Shown one piece after another: positions 53,510-63,491 of a DNA stretch of 64,000 nt. The stretch covers positions 21,484 through 85,483 of the forward strand of contig JAZPZV010000020.1 in the NCBI GenBank assembly GCA_045544855.1, given 5' to 3'. The position numbers and the translations under genes were made by a program. The notes under the pieces are model-generated. The model did no database searches and was not told where the DNA came from. It worked only from the letters and a program-made list of their open reading frames with translations. Numbering within the stretch: the stretch's first letter is position 1; every line of letters starts with the position of its first letter. The stretch comes from Eubacteriales bacterium. GTDB taxonomy: Bacteria > Bacillota > Clostridia > Oscillospirales > CAG-382.

Positions 53510-55453
53510 TTATGCTTTCTTTTTCTTGAAGATAGGCAGGAGCACCACGGCCAGTACGATCACTGCGGCGACGATGGCGATCCAAAGCCAAGTGCCGCCA
53601 TCTTCCTCGGCCTGCTGTGCGGCAGAAGATTCCGCGGGGGCAGAGGACTCGGGTTGGGATTCCGCAGGGGTGGACTCTGCGGGAGATTCCGTAGAAGACT
53701 CCTCGGGTGCAGACTCTTCGGGTGCAGACTCCTCGGGGGTGGATTCCTCCGGCTTGGATTCCTCGGGCTTGGATTCCTCGGGGGTGGAGGTATCGGGGGT
53801 AAAGCCCTCCTTCACGCCTACCAGGAATTCCGAGCAGAACACGAAATTACCTCCCGCCACGCCGAAGGACATCTTCACGTATCTTGCGGTGACGGGTGCG
53901 GTTTCGAACTTGATGCAGGAATCCTTGGAATCCATGATCTGCAGAGGAGTGGTCAGCAAGCGGAAATTTCTGCCGTCCTCGGAAATATAGAGGTTGATCC
54001 CCGTGGGAGAACCGATGCCGTAATCCAAACGGTTATCGAAATGGGCGTAGAAGTGGGTCAGGTCGTTGCGAACCTCCCCAAGGTCGATGGTGACGCTCAT
54101 TTTACCGTCGCTGTCCAGCAGGGAGTGGTGGTATGCGTGCCAATCGGTGCTGAGGGGGGTGTCGGCGAGGATGCCGTCGGTAAGCTCCTTGCCGTCCACC
54201 TGTTGATACTCTGCGCCGTTGCCGTCCACGTAGGATCTGCTGGCGGTATACTTCTTACCGATGGAGATCCAATCCACGTCGGGTGCTTTGAGAGAATCTC
54301 TGCCGATATCGTCCACCACGATATAGCCGTTTTCCGTCTGCTCGGGACGGACGGCATCGATATCCGCCTGTGTCAGGGTCTTCTTGGCGTATTTGTAGGT
54401 GAGGTCGTAGACCAGACGGTAACGCTCGTCGGTGGAATAGCAGGCCTTGTAATACACGGCGGTCTTACCGTCCTGGTAATACATCTTCACGGCGTTCATC
54501 ATGGAAGAATTCAACCCGCCCTCCAGATAGTTCAGATATCTGGCGAAGTATTCGTCGGTGTAAACTCTGCCGTCACATTCCATTTCCATGGAAAGACCGT
54601 ACTGTTCGGAGGCGGCTATGCTGGCCTTCACACGGGTGGGGTCGTTGTAGCCGATCCACATCAGGTTGGGCTGCATACAAGCCACGTCGAAGCCGAAGCT
54701 TTCCCAACGCTCGTAGCCGTTGGCCTTGTACCAAGGGATCCAGATGAACTTCAATCCCTTGGAATGGAGGTAGTCTGCGGCGTACTTCAGGATCTCGGCA
54801 TCATCCCCTGCGGCGATGTACTCCTCCAGCCAATAGAAGCCCACCAGATCCAGATTCTTGTAGCCTCGCTGTTCAAAACGGGAGATCTGTTCGTCGATCA
54901 TCCATTTGACGGCGTACTTTCTGTCTTCCATTTTGGAAAAGTTCAGACTTCTGCCCCCCAGAGTGCCGAAGTTGGTCGCTCTCTTGCCGGGGTACAAAAG
55001 GGTGAAGAACACGCCCGCCTTGCTGTCCGTGTTTCCCAAAGCCGCCTTGGTGGTGCCGTAAGCCTTTTCCAAGGCGTCTACGTTTGCCCCTGCGGCAAAG
55101 GTATCGTCCACGTAGGAGGTCCAGTCGATGGCCTTGGTGGGGTTGCCTTCATCCAAATGCATCCTCGCCCCGGAGGGACCGTAGTCCATGCAGGGCAGGA
55201 ACAGGTAGCTGTCGAAGAAAAAGTCCTTGATATTGCCCTTGGTATCCAGATAAGCGGTGTAGGGCAAAAGGTCCTTTTCGTAATGTCTGCCGTTGTCCGC
55301 ACCGGAGCGGCGGAAGGTATAGGTGAGACAGACGTTCTCGTAGCCCTCCAGATCGTCGGCGGTGGGGACCTTGGTTGCTGCGGCCGGCTGAATGCACAAC
55401 AGCAAGGGCAACACCAGCAGAACCGTTAAGGTGATAGAAAGAATTCTTTTCAT
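53510..55453 (-). CDS. Secreted DUF4855-like/discoidin-like domain protein with PEES linker and C-terminal TM anchor
   Basis: Signal MKRILSITLTVLLVLPLLLC. The functional name is tentative. Tail is (PEES) repeats plus GGTWLWIAIVAAVIVLAVVLLPIFKKKKA. Confidence 0.7.
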   Translation of the reverse strand: MKRILSITLTVLLVLPLLLCIQPAAATKVPTADDLEGYENVCLTYTFRRSGADNGRHYEKDLLPYTAYLDTKGNIKDFFFDSYLFLPCMDYGPSGARMHLDEGNPTKAIDWTSYVDDTFAAGANVDALEKAYGTTKAALGNTDSKAGVFFTLLYPGKRATNFGTLGGRSLNFSKMEDRKYAVKWMIDEQISRFEQRGYKNLDLVGFYWLEEYIAAGDDAEILKYAADYLHSKGLKFIWIPWYKANGYERWESFGFDVACMQPNLMWIGYNDPTRVKASIAASEQYGLSMEMECDGRVYTDEYFARYLNYLEGGLNSSMMNAVKMYYQDGKTAVYYKACYSTDERYRLVYDLTYKYAKKTLTQADIDAVRPEQTENGYIVVDDIGRDSLKAPDVDWISIGKKYTASRSYVDGNGAEYQQVDGKELTDGILADTPLSTDWHAYHHSLLDSDGKMSVTIDLGEVRNDLTHFYAHFDNRLDYGIGSPTGINLYISEDGRNFRLLTTPLQIMDSKDSCIKFETAPVTARYVKMSFGVAGGNFVFCSEFLVGVKEGFTPDTSTPEESKPEESKPEESTPEESAPEESAPEESSTESPAESTPAESQPESSAPAESSAAQQAEEDGGTWLWIAIVAAVIVLAVVLLPIFKKKKA

Positions 55454-55511
55454 ACAGGCCTCGCAAAAACAGTATTTTATTCATTATAGCATAGATGCAC
55501 ACGCTTGTCAA

Positions 55512-55546
55512 CGAAAAAAGCTCCGATGGCAAACATCGAAGCTTTT
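55512..55546 (-). terminator. Rho-independent terminator after degV
   Basis: On the minus strand, AAGCTTCGATG-tttgc-CATCGGAGCTT followed by TTTTTT. Confidence 0.75.
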
Positions 55547-55560
55547 TGGTAAGTATTCTC

Positions 55561-56421
55561 TTATCTTTGCGTGCCCAGGAAGAACACGGCGATGGTGCCG
55601 GGGCCGGAGTGTGCGCCAATGATGGTACCGGTGGGAGAGATGATGACCTCGGGAACCTTCAACTCCGCCTTCAGCTTCTCTGCGATCCACTCTGCCTCCT
55701 CCAGACAGTCGCCGTGGCAGATGGCCATGGTCTGGGTGGCGGGCCGGGTGGCATATTCCTTCACCTTATCCACCATGGTCTGCAGGGAGGCTTTTCTGCC
55801 TCTCACCTTGGACATATTGATGAGGTGGCCCTCGTCATCCACGTGAAGGATGGGCTTGATCCCCAGCATAGTGCCCGCAACGGCGGTCACGGCGGAGATC
55901 CGGCCGCCACGCTTCAAGAACATCAGGTCGTCCACGGTGAACCAATGCACCAACCGGAGCAGGTTCTCGTTGACCCAATCACGCACCTCCTCGATGGTGG
56001 CGCCTGCCTGCTGTTTCCTTGCCGCCAAAACGGTAAGCAGGCCGTGGCCTGTGGAAGCGCACTTGGTGCTGATGTGATACAGCTTACGGTCGGGGTATTT
56101 TTCCGCCAGCTCTTCCATTGCCAGCTTGCCGTTGTTATAAGAACAGCTCAAGCCCTCGGAGAAGCCAAGGTACAGAATGTCCTTGCCGGACTCCAATACG
56201 GGGATCATCTTTTCGGTATATTCCTCGGGAGAGGGTGCGGAGGTGGAGGCCACTTCCCCTGCACGCAGACGTTCATAGAAGGCGTGGCTATCCAACGTAT
56301 CGATATCTTCCTCCTTGCCGCTGACGAACAAATGCAGATTCACGATCTGCAAACCGTAGCGGTTGATCTCCTCTATGGGCAGATCCACGGAGGAATCCGC
56401 AAAAATAACAAATTCAGCCAT
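55561..56421 (-). CDS. degV: DegV-family fatty-acid-binding protein
   Basis: FVIFADSSVDLP N-terminus and the typical DegV length and pattern. Confidence 0.9.
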   Translation of the reverse strand: MAEFVIFADSSVDLPIEEINRYGLQIVNLHLFVSGKEEDIDTLDSHAFYERLRAGEVASTSAPSPEEYTEKMIPVLESGKDILYLGFSEGLSCSYNNGKLAMEELAEKYPDRKLYHISTKCASTGHGLLTVLAARKQQAGATIEEVRDWVNENLLRLVHWFTVDDLMFLKRGGRISAVTAVAGTMLGIKPILHVDDEGHLINMSKVRGRKASLQTMVDKVKEYATRPATQTMAICHGDCLEEAEWIAEKLKAELKVPEVIISPTGTIIGAHSGPGTIAVFFLGTQR

Positions 56422-56491
56422 AGGAAAAACTCCTTATCGTTTTTGTTTGTAGGCACAGTATACCACAATTTTCCGTCCTTGTCAATGGTTT

Positions 56492-57814
56492 TTAGCACAG
56501 TGTGTGCTGATTTTTTAAGACGAAAAGCAGGTCTTCACGGGTGTTTTGCCACTTACCGTCGAACACGCCCTCCAAAAGGAACTGCAGAATCTTCCCTACC
56601 TCTTCCCCGGCGGGAACGCCCAATTCCAGCAATTCCTTGCCTCCGATGGCAAGAGCGGAAACGGAAAGACAGGGGTTGCTTTCCAGCACCGCCTCCACGG
56701 CGGCACGGCGTTCCTTGGCGGAAGCAAGACAGGCTTCGGGATGGGCTTTGGCGGCGGCATCCCCTTCCATAAGGGTCAAAAGGGGCTGTGCCAATTCCGG
56801 AGTGATCCGTGCCAGCAGGCGCAAGATCCGCGGGGTATCCCACTTTCTGAGAAGGGTATCGTGCTCTCGGATCAAGGTTTTGACACGGCGTATCAGCTTC
56901 TTTTCCATGCGCAAACGGTTCATGGCTTCTTCCGCCAGCCTTGCGCCCGCCTCCGGGTGACCCTTGAACCGACCACCGTCTGCCGTCTGCGGTTTCCCCA
57001 GATCGTGGAAGAAGGCGGCAAGGCGCAGGGTGGGATCGGGCGGCATGGCCTCCACCACCTGCAGAGTATGGGTATACACGTCGTGGAGATGGTAGGGAGA
57101 CTTTTGGTCAAACTCAAAAGCGGGGCGGATCTCCGGCAGGAAGAAGGCGATGAGCTCACGGTATTCGGAAAGGACCTTTCTTGCCCCCTTGCCGCAAAGA
57201 AGCTTGGTGAATTCCACGGCGATCCGTTCCATAGAGATATGCGCCAGCAAGGGAATAGATTCCAGCATGGCGGTCTTGGTAGCCTCCTCCACGGTGAAAT
57301 CCAGAGTGGAAGCAAACCGTGCCCCCCGCAAGATCCGCAAGGCATCCTCGCGGAAGCGGCGGGCAGGATCCCCCACACAGCGGATGAGCCCCTTTTGCAG
57401 GTCTTCCCTGCCGCCGAACAGATCCACAAGGCCCGTTTTCGGGCTCCAGGCCATGGCACAGACGGTGAAATCCCTGCGAGAGAGATCCTCTTCCAAGGTG
57501 GAAGCGAAGGTCACCCCGTCGGGATGGCGGCCGTCGGAATAGGTGCTTTCGGTACGGAAGGTGGTGATCTCCAAGGGAAGGTGTTGGGAAAACACCGTAA
57601 CGGTGCCGTGACGGATGCCCGTTTCCACCACGTTTTGATCGAAAAACAGCTTTTTCACTTCCTCGGGAGTGGCGGAGGTGGTGAGGTCATAGTCCGTGGG
57701 AGTCACGCCCCGCAGGACGTCCCGCACACAGCCCCCCACCAAAAAGCCTTGGCGTCCGTTGGAATTCAGCCGTTCCAAGGCCTCCGTGACTTGAAAGGGC
57801 AGGTCAGTCCACAT
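56492..57814 (-). CDS. cca: CCA-adding tRNA nucleotidyltransferase
   Basis: GGCVRDVLRG..DYDLTT head domain and HD motif FFHDLGK. Confidence 0.9.
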   Translation of the reverse strand: MWTDLPFQVTEALERLNSNGRQGFLVGGCVRDVLRGVTPTDYDLTTSATPEEVKKLFFDQNVVETGIRHGTVTVFSQHLPLEITTFRTESTYSDGRHPDGVTFASTLEEDLSRRDFTVCAMAWSPKTGLVDLFGGREDLQKGLIRCVGDPARRFREDALRILRGARFASTLDFTVEEATKTAMLESIPLLAHISMERIAVEFTKLLCGKGARKVLSEYRELIAFFLPEIRPAFEFDQKSPYHLHDVYTHTLQVVEAMPPDPTLRLAAFFHDLGKPQTADGGRFKGHPEAGARLAEEAMNRLRMEKKLIRRVKTLIREHDTLLRKWDTPRILRLLARITPELAQPLLTLMEGDAAAKAHPEACLASAKERRAAVEAVLESNPCLSVSALAIGGKELLELGVPAGEEVGKILQFLLEGVFDGKWQNTREDLLFVLKNQHTLC

Positions 57815-58574
57815 AGGAGAACAGGTCGCCGCTTTCGATGTAGCAGATCTCTAAATCGGGATACTTTTCCGCCAGATCGGAAGCGAAGGCCTCCATCCCC
57901 GGGGCTTCGCAGGCGCAATGTCCCAGCACCAGCATGGCCTTGGGGATACCGAATTGGGAAGCATCGCGGATGGGCTCGCCGTCCCGCCATTCGCAGATCT
58001 CCCCGGTGATCATCAGCTGGTTGTCGTCCCCAAGGAACTTATCCGCCGCACCGCTTCCCCCCGCACCCAGCATCACGTTGATGTTGGTAACGAGTAACCC
58101 GGGGTCGCCGATGATGCGGGGATGGCGGATGCCCAGGGTCTCTTTTACGCTCTTGGCCAGATCGTACACCGTGGTGGGAGTGTCCAGCACGAAGCTGTTT
58201 CTGCCGTCAAAGACACCCTTCCAGCCCGCAAAACGCAAAAAACCTTCATTGATGTGGTCGAAATCCACGCCCCAATGGATGTAGTCGTGGAAACGGTACA
58301 GGGTGAAGGGCAGTTCCGCAACGAAGGCACGCTTTTGGAGGGTGACGTCGTCCTCTCTGGGGTTCTCAAAATGGTCGTGGAAGGTGGGCTCGTGGGTGAT
58401 CACCATGTCCGCACCCCACTTTTTGGCTTGGTTCAGCACGTCGGGGGTGGCGGTCATACAGATGGCAACCTTCTTCACTTCCTTTTCCGGGTCGCCGTGC
58501 TTGCAGGTGTCTACGGTGGGTCTGCCCAGATCGGCCCCTGCGATGAGCTGTTCCATCAGTTCTCTTGCTGTCAT
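57804..58574 (-). CDS. NIF3-family dinuclear metal-centre protein
   Basis: ADMVITHEPTFH motif and C-terminal GHCACE. Overlaps cca by 11 nt. Confidence 0.8.
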   Translation of the reverse strand: MTARELMEQLIAGADLGRPTVDTCKHGDPEKEVKKVAICMTATPDVLNQAKKWGADMVITHEPTFHDHFENPREDDVTLQKRAFVAELPFTLYRFHDYIHWGVDFDHINEGFLRFAGWKGVFDGRNSFVLDTPTTVYDLAKSVKETLGIRHPRIIGDPGLLVTNINVMLGAGGSGAADKFLGDDNQLMITGEICEWRDGEPIRDASQFGIPKAMLVLGHCACEAPGMEAFASDLAEKYPDLEICYIESGDLFSYVD

Positions 58575-58642
58575 AAAAGGGACTTCCTTTCCATAAAAAA
58601 GCGGGAGAAGCGTGTTGCTTCCCCCGCAAAATAAATGAATAA

Positions 58643-59953
58643 TTAGTTCAAAGTGATCACGGGGATCTTGGCGTAGTCGTTTCTGCCGATGATACCGCCG
58701 CCGTTACGGTAGGTGATGTTCTTCCAAACGTTCTTGGAAACGTCGCTTTCGTTGGTGGAGTTCACGGAGAAGGTCAGACCCATTTCGGTGCCCTTCTCGG
58801 GAGTCACACCCAGCTCTGCGAAGGAAACAGCAACCTCGTAAACGGTGATCTGCTCGCCGTCGTCACGGGAGCAAGCAACCTGTGCGTCGGTAACGCCGTA
58901 GAAGCAGGTATCACCGCTGTCGTTTACTGCAAATCCGGAGGAAATAACCACCTTCTCGTTATCGGCAGTCTTGTCGATCACGCGGTCAAAGTGCTCGGAG
59001 ATGTATTCCCCTGCAGGGCTTTCGGAGGAGAACTTCACCTGGATGCACTCGTACTGCCACATATCCCCCGCCTTATCCTGGGTGATGGGGCAATAGTGAT
59101 AGGGAGACTGTACCACCACGCAGAGATACAGATAGGTATCGTCGTAGGTCACGTAGTAGTCTGCGGTGGCGTAGTAGTTGTCCTTCTCGAACTGAGCGTA
59201 GGACCAAGCCTCGTTCTCTGCATCGATGTGGTCGATGAAATACTTGTCCCATTCGCCTTCGGTAAAGGTACCGTCGATGGTGGGAGCGGTGTCGGCCTTG
59301 TCTACCTCGTAGTCAACGCCGTCGTAGAGATGGAGACCGTGGGGGAACACGGTGGTGCCGTCGGCAACGTCCTTGGCACGGGTGATGTAAGTTTCCTGAT
59401 AAGAATGGATAGCGATCAGGAAGCCGTCCTCATCGGCGATAACTTCCTCAGCCTCGCCAACCTCGTAGAAGGCGGTCTTCACGTAGCCGAAATACTCGTG
59501 ATCGTAGGTGAACGCAACCACGGCGAAGTCAGCCAGCTCCTCGGCATCCAGCAGACCGTATTCCTCGGTGTAGAGGATCACGGCGCCGTAAGAGGGCTCA
59601 ACGTCCACGCCGGTCAAAGGAATGGCGTTGGAGCTTGTGGCGCGGTCGTTCACGGTAACGGTGCCGATGGAGACGAACTTGTTGATGGTCTCGGGAGGGG
59701 TCTGCTCACCGGGATCTTCGGTGGAAGTATCCTCGGAAGGCTCCTCGGAGGGTTCTTCGGAAGGCTCTTCGGAAGGTGCCTCAGAGGGGTTTACGGCCTC
59801 GGAGGATGCTTCCTCGGAAGAAACGGGGGCTTCACTGCTAACGGGAGCGGAAGAGGAAGCGGTGTTGCTTGTTTCTTCGGTCTCGCCGCAGGCTGCCAGA
59901 GCGAATACCATGACAGCTGCCAGCAGAAGGGTCAGAAATCTTTTCATTTTCAT
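58643..59953 (-). CDS. Lipoprotein with CBM9/DOMON-like C-terminal domain (tentative)
   Basis: Lipobox FALAACGE, a Ser/Glu/Pro linker, then IDGTFTEGEWD...YLYLCVVV... Confidence 0.65.
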   Translation of the reverse strand: MKMKRFLTLLLAAVMVFALAACGETEETSNTASSSAPVSSEAPVSSEEASSEAVNPSEAPSEEPSEEPSEEPSEDTSTEDPGEQTPPETINKFVSIGTVTVNDRATSSNAIPLTGVDVEPSYGAVILYTEEYGLLDAEELADFAVVAFTYDHEYFGYVKTAFYEVGEAEEVIADEDGFLIAIHSYQETYITRAKDVADGTTVFPHGLHLYDGVDYEVDKADTAPTIDGTFTEGEWDKYFIDHIDAENEAWSYAQFEKDNYYATADYYVTYDDTYLYLCVVVQSPYHYCPITQDKAGDMWQYECIQVKFSSESPAGEYISEHFDRVIDKTADNEKVVISSGFAVNDSGDTCFYGVTDAQVACSRDDGEQITVYEVAVSFAELGVTPEKGTEMGLTFSVNSTNESDVSKNVWKNITYRNGGGIIGRNDYAKIPVITLN

Positions 59954-60007
59954 ATTCTCCTTACTTGTTTATGTTTTTCTTTATTATATAGGAAAACCAA
60001 AGGGATG

Positions 60008-60526
60008 TCAAGACTTTTTTGCGTTCTTGCGGTCAAAACGCCACATGGCGATGAAGATGGAGGCGGTATTGAAGCACTCGGTGATCACCCCTGCCCAGGA
60101 GACCTTCACCAAATTGTACGCCAGCCACATCCAGGAGCCAGGAAGGGTGAGGCGGCGGACGGCCTTGGGCTGATCCACCCACAGCCCGAAGCTTGTGACC
60201 ACCATGGCCACGGTGGGAAGCAAGGACAGCCAATTTTCCCAGGTGGCGATACAGCACCCTGCGGAAACGATAGAGAACAGATAGGGCCAGAAGGATCGGG
60301 AAGCCCAGGGGGCGGACCCCTTCTTGGAATATACAAATCCCCTTGCCACTCCGATGGCGTTCATGGCCATGCCGGAATAGGCACCCAGAAGTCCGAAGTG
60401 CAACGTCCATACCATGGAGGAAAGCATTTGCAGGAAGGTGATCCTTTCCCGCTTGTTTTGCTGAAAGGAGATGAACGCCAGGGTCATCCCCACGAAGCCC
60501 ACAGCCTGGGCGATATAATAGGTCAT
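60008..60526 (-). CDS. YgjV-family inner membrane protein
   Basis: Start at ATG 60526 (MTYYIAQAVGFVGMTLAFISFQ). Five helices. Confidence 0.7.
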   Translation of the reverse strand: MTYYIAQAVGFVGMTLAFISFQQNKRERITFLQMLSSMVWTLHFGLLGAYSGMAMNAIGVARGFVYSKKGSAPWASRSFWPYLFSIVSAGCCIATWENWLSLLPTVAMVVTSFGLWVDQPKAVRRLTLPGSWMWLAYNLVKVSWAGVITECFNTASIFIAMWRFDRKNAKKS

Positions 60527-60720
60527 AAAGAAGTCCGTCCTTTTTCCGGAAAGATACGGGGTATTATACTGCATTTGAAAGAGAAATGCAAGAGGGAGAA
60601 AAATATTTGCGTTTTTTAAAAAAGCTTTGGACGTTTGGCGGACTTTCGACATATGTATTATGAGCACGGAATTTCAGTAAAGCTCCCCCTCTGCCCAACC
60701 GGTATTTTTTCAAAAAATAC

Positions 60721-60750
60721 TTGACAAGGGGGGGGCTGAATGTGTATAAT
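60721..60750 (+). promoter_or_regulatory. Sigma-A-type promoter
   Basis: TTGACA (60721-60726), 18-nt spacer, TATAAT (60745-60750). Leaves a leader of about 136 nt. Confidence 0.6.
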
Positions 60751-60892
60751 AAAAATCGAGAAGGTGTCTTTTATCTCCTTCATCCCAAACAGAGGTGGTT
60801 TCCATGAAGCAGCCCGTAGGAATCGGGTGACGCCGGTTATCCGGTTCTGAAATCGAATTACGGAAAAAATAAAAAGAAAGGTAGCACCTAAC

Positions 60893-63469
60893 ATGAAATT
60901 ACGCACATGCAACCCAAGCGTGCGTACTTCCCTGCTGATGTTGCTTTCCCTTTTGTTTGTGATGAGCGTTACGCTCCCCGTATTTTCGGTTTACTCACAA
61001 CCAACAGGCAAGACGGCAGAGGTCGTTACGCAGGAACCTCTCATACCGCAGGAGGATATTCCCCCCGCCGTGGGTAAGGAGCTTGCCGCAGAGCGCGGGC
61101 ATATGCTCCGCCTGCGGGCTTCGGAAGGTAATCTGAATACTGTGGTATTCCGCAACCAAGACCAAACCCAAACCATGTACGTCTTTAACCACCCCGTGAA
61201 ATACGTCAATACCGTGGGTGAAATCAAAGATATTTCCATTGAGATCGCAGACAGCACCAAAGAGCAGGGCGCCTTTGTCACCAAGGACGCCTACGTACAG
61301 ACCTTCTTCCCCCGCGATCTTTACGACGGCGTAACAATCAGTGCAGACGACGTCAGCATCCGCTCCGTTCCCGTCGCACCCGCCTCCCGCAATACGGCGC
61401 AGGCATACAGAGTGGATTCCGAGACGGTTGCATATCCTTATGGTAAGAATACGTCGCTCGAATACACCCTGACCTATACGGGCTACAAGGAAGATATCGT
61501 GGTCTCTTCCTACACGGGGCAGACGGAATATCAATTCCGTTTGTATACCGGAGGTTTGCAGTTGATCTGTGAGGACGGCTCCTATTACCTGGCAGACGCT
61601 GACGGCAAGCTCCGCGCCACCATCGGGGATATCATCGTCTTCACCGCAGACGAACGGAACAACTGCATGGGCAGCATGACCCATGTCACCGTCAAACCAA
61701 ACGAAGAATATCTGCTGACCATTCACTTAGATGCAGATTACCTCAAGGACGAAAAAACGGCGTACCCCATCCGCATCGATCCCACCGTTGAAATTCTTTA
61801 CGAGCAGAACGGCGAGGGCGCCATTGAGGACGTGACCATCAACAGTCTGGAAGGCTCTTCCGGTTCCTCCGGTTCTCTGTTCATCGGCAAGCGGGACACC
61901 TACGGGATCTCCCGTGTGCTGATGAAATTCCCGGGGCTTTCCGACGATTTAGTGGCGTTCCCCGGGCAGCTCCTGAAAGCGGAAGTGGAACTCCGGGATA
62001 TCCTGGGCGGAAGCACCGCTATGACCGTAACGTGCCATATTTTCACAGGTGGCACTTGGGACGAGGACACTGCAAGCTGGACCTCGGTAAATCCCAACAG
62101 TTACAGCCCCGCCATCAGCTCCAACTCTGTTTCCTATTCCAACGGAACCTCCATCTCCCATCGGTACACGTTTTCAATCATGGATGCTTTGATCGAATGG
62201 ACCAACGGAGTTGCAGATCCCGAGCAAGGCTTGATCTTTAAAACCACTCCCACGCAGGAAGCTTCGTCAACGCTTCTTCATAAAACATTCGCTTCCTACA
62301 ACCGTTCTTCTTATCAGCCCAGCTTGTACATTGTATACACCAACCCGTTTTACAGTTCGTTCGCGGAAACGAGTTCGTTGTATTCGAGAGAAGATTCCTC
62401 TGTTTCCGTATATGATAACTTGCAAATGTTTTCCAATTGCTATGGCTACGCGTTACGAATGTTTTGCAGTTCAGACGAAGGAACGCCTTATAAGCAGCAG
62501 CCTGGTGAGTTTTTTGACAAAACGAATGGCGTGTACTTAGATAGTTGTAGCACAACAGTTTATAATTATTCTGACACAAAAGCGTGTCGTAACTCTGCGT
62601 ACACATCAAGTCTGTCAACGGCCAAAGCCATCTTTTACGAGCTAATCGAAAAAGACATGGCACAAATGGGATACAGCATAGAAGAAGCTGATGCCTCTGC
62701 CTTAAGCGAACCCACCACAGCAAGCAAGCGATTGGTACTTTTGGTGATGGATCGCACTTTATCCGCTATTGAGGAGGAAATTTGGGAAGAATCCGGTCAT
62801 AACCCCTACTACGATTACCGATATGATTACCACTTCTATATGCAACATACCGACGGCACCTGGTCTCACAAGCCCGGAAACGGAGAAGCTATCTCTTACT
62901 GTATAAATGATCCAACCGTCACTTTAACAAACGAAAACATTCTGACGCACGCTGCGGATGGAAACGGAGACTGCTTTGCAAACGATCCTTATGTATGCAA
63001 CCGATACAATGAAATCGTTATGTTGTTTTACGTGACAAAACCTGCCGTTGCAGATTACAACCACAAGGCCGGACAAAACGAAGAGGACGCGTTTTCTGAA
63101 ATATGCACCGTAGATCTCGCAGGAGATAATTTCGTGACTGCGCAAAAAATTCGGCCGGATATCACCGTACAAGGCAAAGCAGACCATCAAAACGATTCGG
63201 ATTATTTCGTGATGACAACCACCCAATCCGGAAATTACCAAATCGTTTTCAACAAAGCAGAAACGACGGATTCAGCAACTTTCACTTGGACTGTTTCCGT
63301 GATCACAGAGGCCGGTCATTTAATCAACAACGTTCAAGGCACAGGTACCACGATGAGTTTTAGTGCTACTTTAGGAACAGGAGAGTACTATATTTTTGTG
63401 AAGTGTTTGACAGAGCATTCCATGAGACAAGATTTGGAGTATTCCATTGAATGCCGAACACCGGAATGA
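60893..63469 (+). CDS. Secreted multidomain protein: DNRLRE-like N-terminal region, Cys-His hydrolase-like module, PPC-type C-terminal domain
   Basis: Signal peptide. SRVLMKF..LLKAEVEL...WDEDTASW is typical of DNRLRE domains. SNCYGYAL ... YHFYMQHTDGTWSHKPG is a candidate Cys/His pair. DSDYFVMTTTQSGNYQIVF...YYIFVKC is PPC-like. Confidence 0.7.
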   Translation: MKLRTCNPSVRTSLLMLLSLLFVMSVTLPVFSVYSQPTGKTAEVVTQEPLIPQEDIPPAVGKELAAERGHMLRLRASEGNLNTVVFRNQDQTQTMYVFNHPVKYVNTVGEIKDISIEIADSTKEQGAFVTKDAYVQTFFPRDLYDGVTISADDVSIRSVPVAPASRNTAQAYRVDSETVAYPYGKNTSLEYTLTYTGYKEDIVVSSYTGQTEYQFRLYTGGLQLICEDGSYYLADADGKLRATIGDIIVFTADERNNCMGSMTHVTVKPNEEYLLTIHLDADYLKDEKTAYPIRIDPTVEILYEQNGEGAIEDVTINSLEGSSGSSGSLFIGKRDTYGISRVLMKFPGLSDDLVAFPGQLLKAEVELRDILGGSTAMTVTCHIFTGGTWDEDTASWTSVNPNSYSPAISSNSVSYSNGTSISHRYTFSIMDALIEWTNGVADPEQGLIFKTTPTQEASSTLLHKTFASYNRSSYQPSLYIVYTNPFYSSFAETSSLYSREDSSVSVYDNLQMFSNCYGYALRMFCSSDEGTPYKQQPGEFFDKTNGVYLDSCSTTVYNYSDTKACRNSAYTSSLSTAKAIFYELIEKDMAQMGYSIEEADASALSEPTTASKRLVLLVMDRTLSAIEEEIWEESGHNPYYDYRYDYHFYMQHTDGTWSHKPGNGEAISYCINDPTVTLTNENILTHAADGNGDCFANDPYVCNRYNEIVMLFYVTKPAVADYNHKAGQNEEDAFSEICTVDLAGDNFVTAQKIRPDITVQGKADHQNDSDYFVMTTTQSGNYQIVFNKAETTDSATFTWTVSVITEAGHLINNVQGTGTTMSFSATLGTGEYYIFVKCLTEHSMRQDLEYSIECRTPE

Positions 63470-63491
63470 TAGACCTATAGGAGGGATACCC

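Noticed and set aside
60757-60892. Known riboswitch (c-di-GMP I/II, ZTP, guanidine and others) in the leader of the DNRLRE gene
   Set aside because: I could not find the conserved cores of any class I remember. I kept it only as an unexplained structured leader inside another finding.
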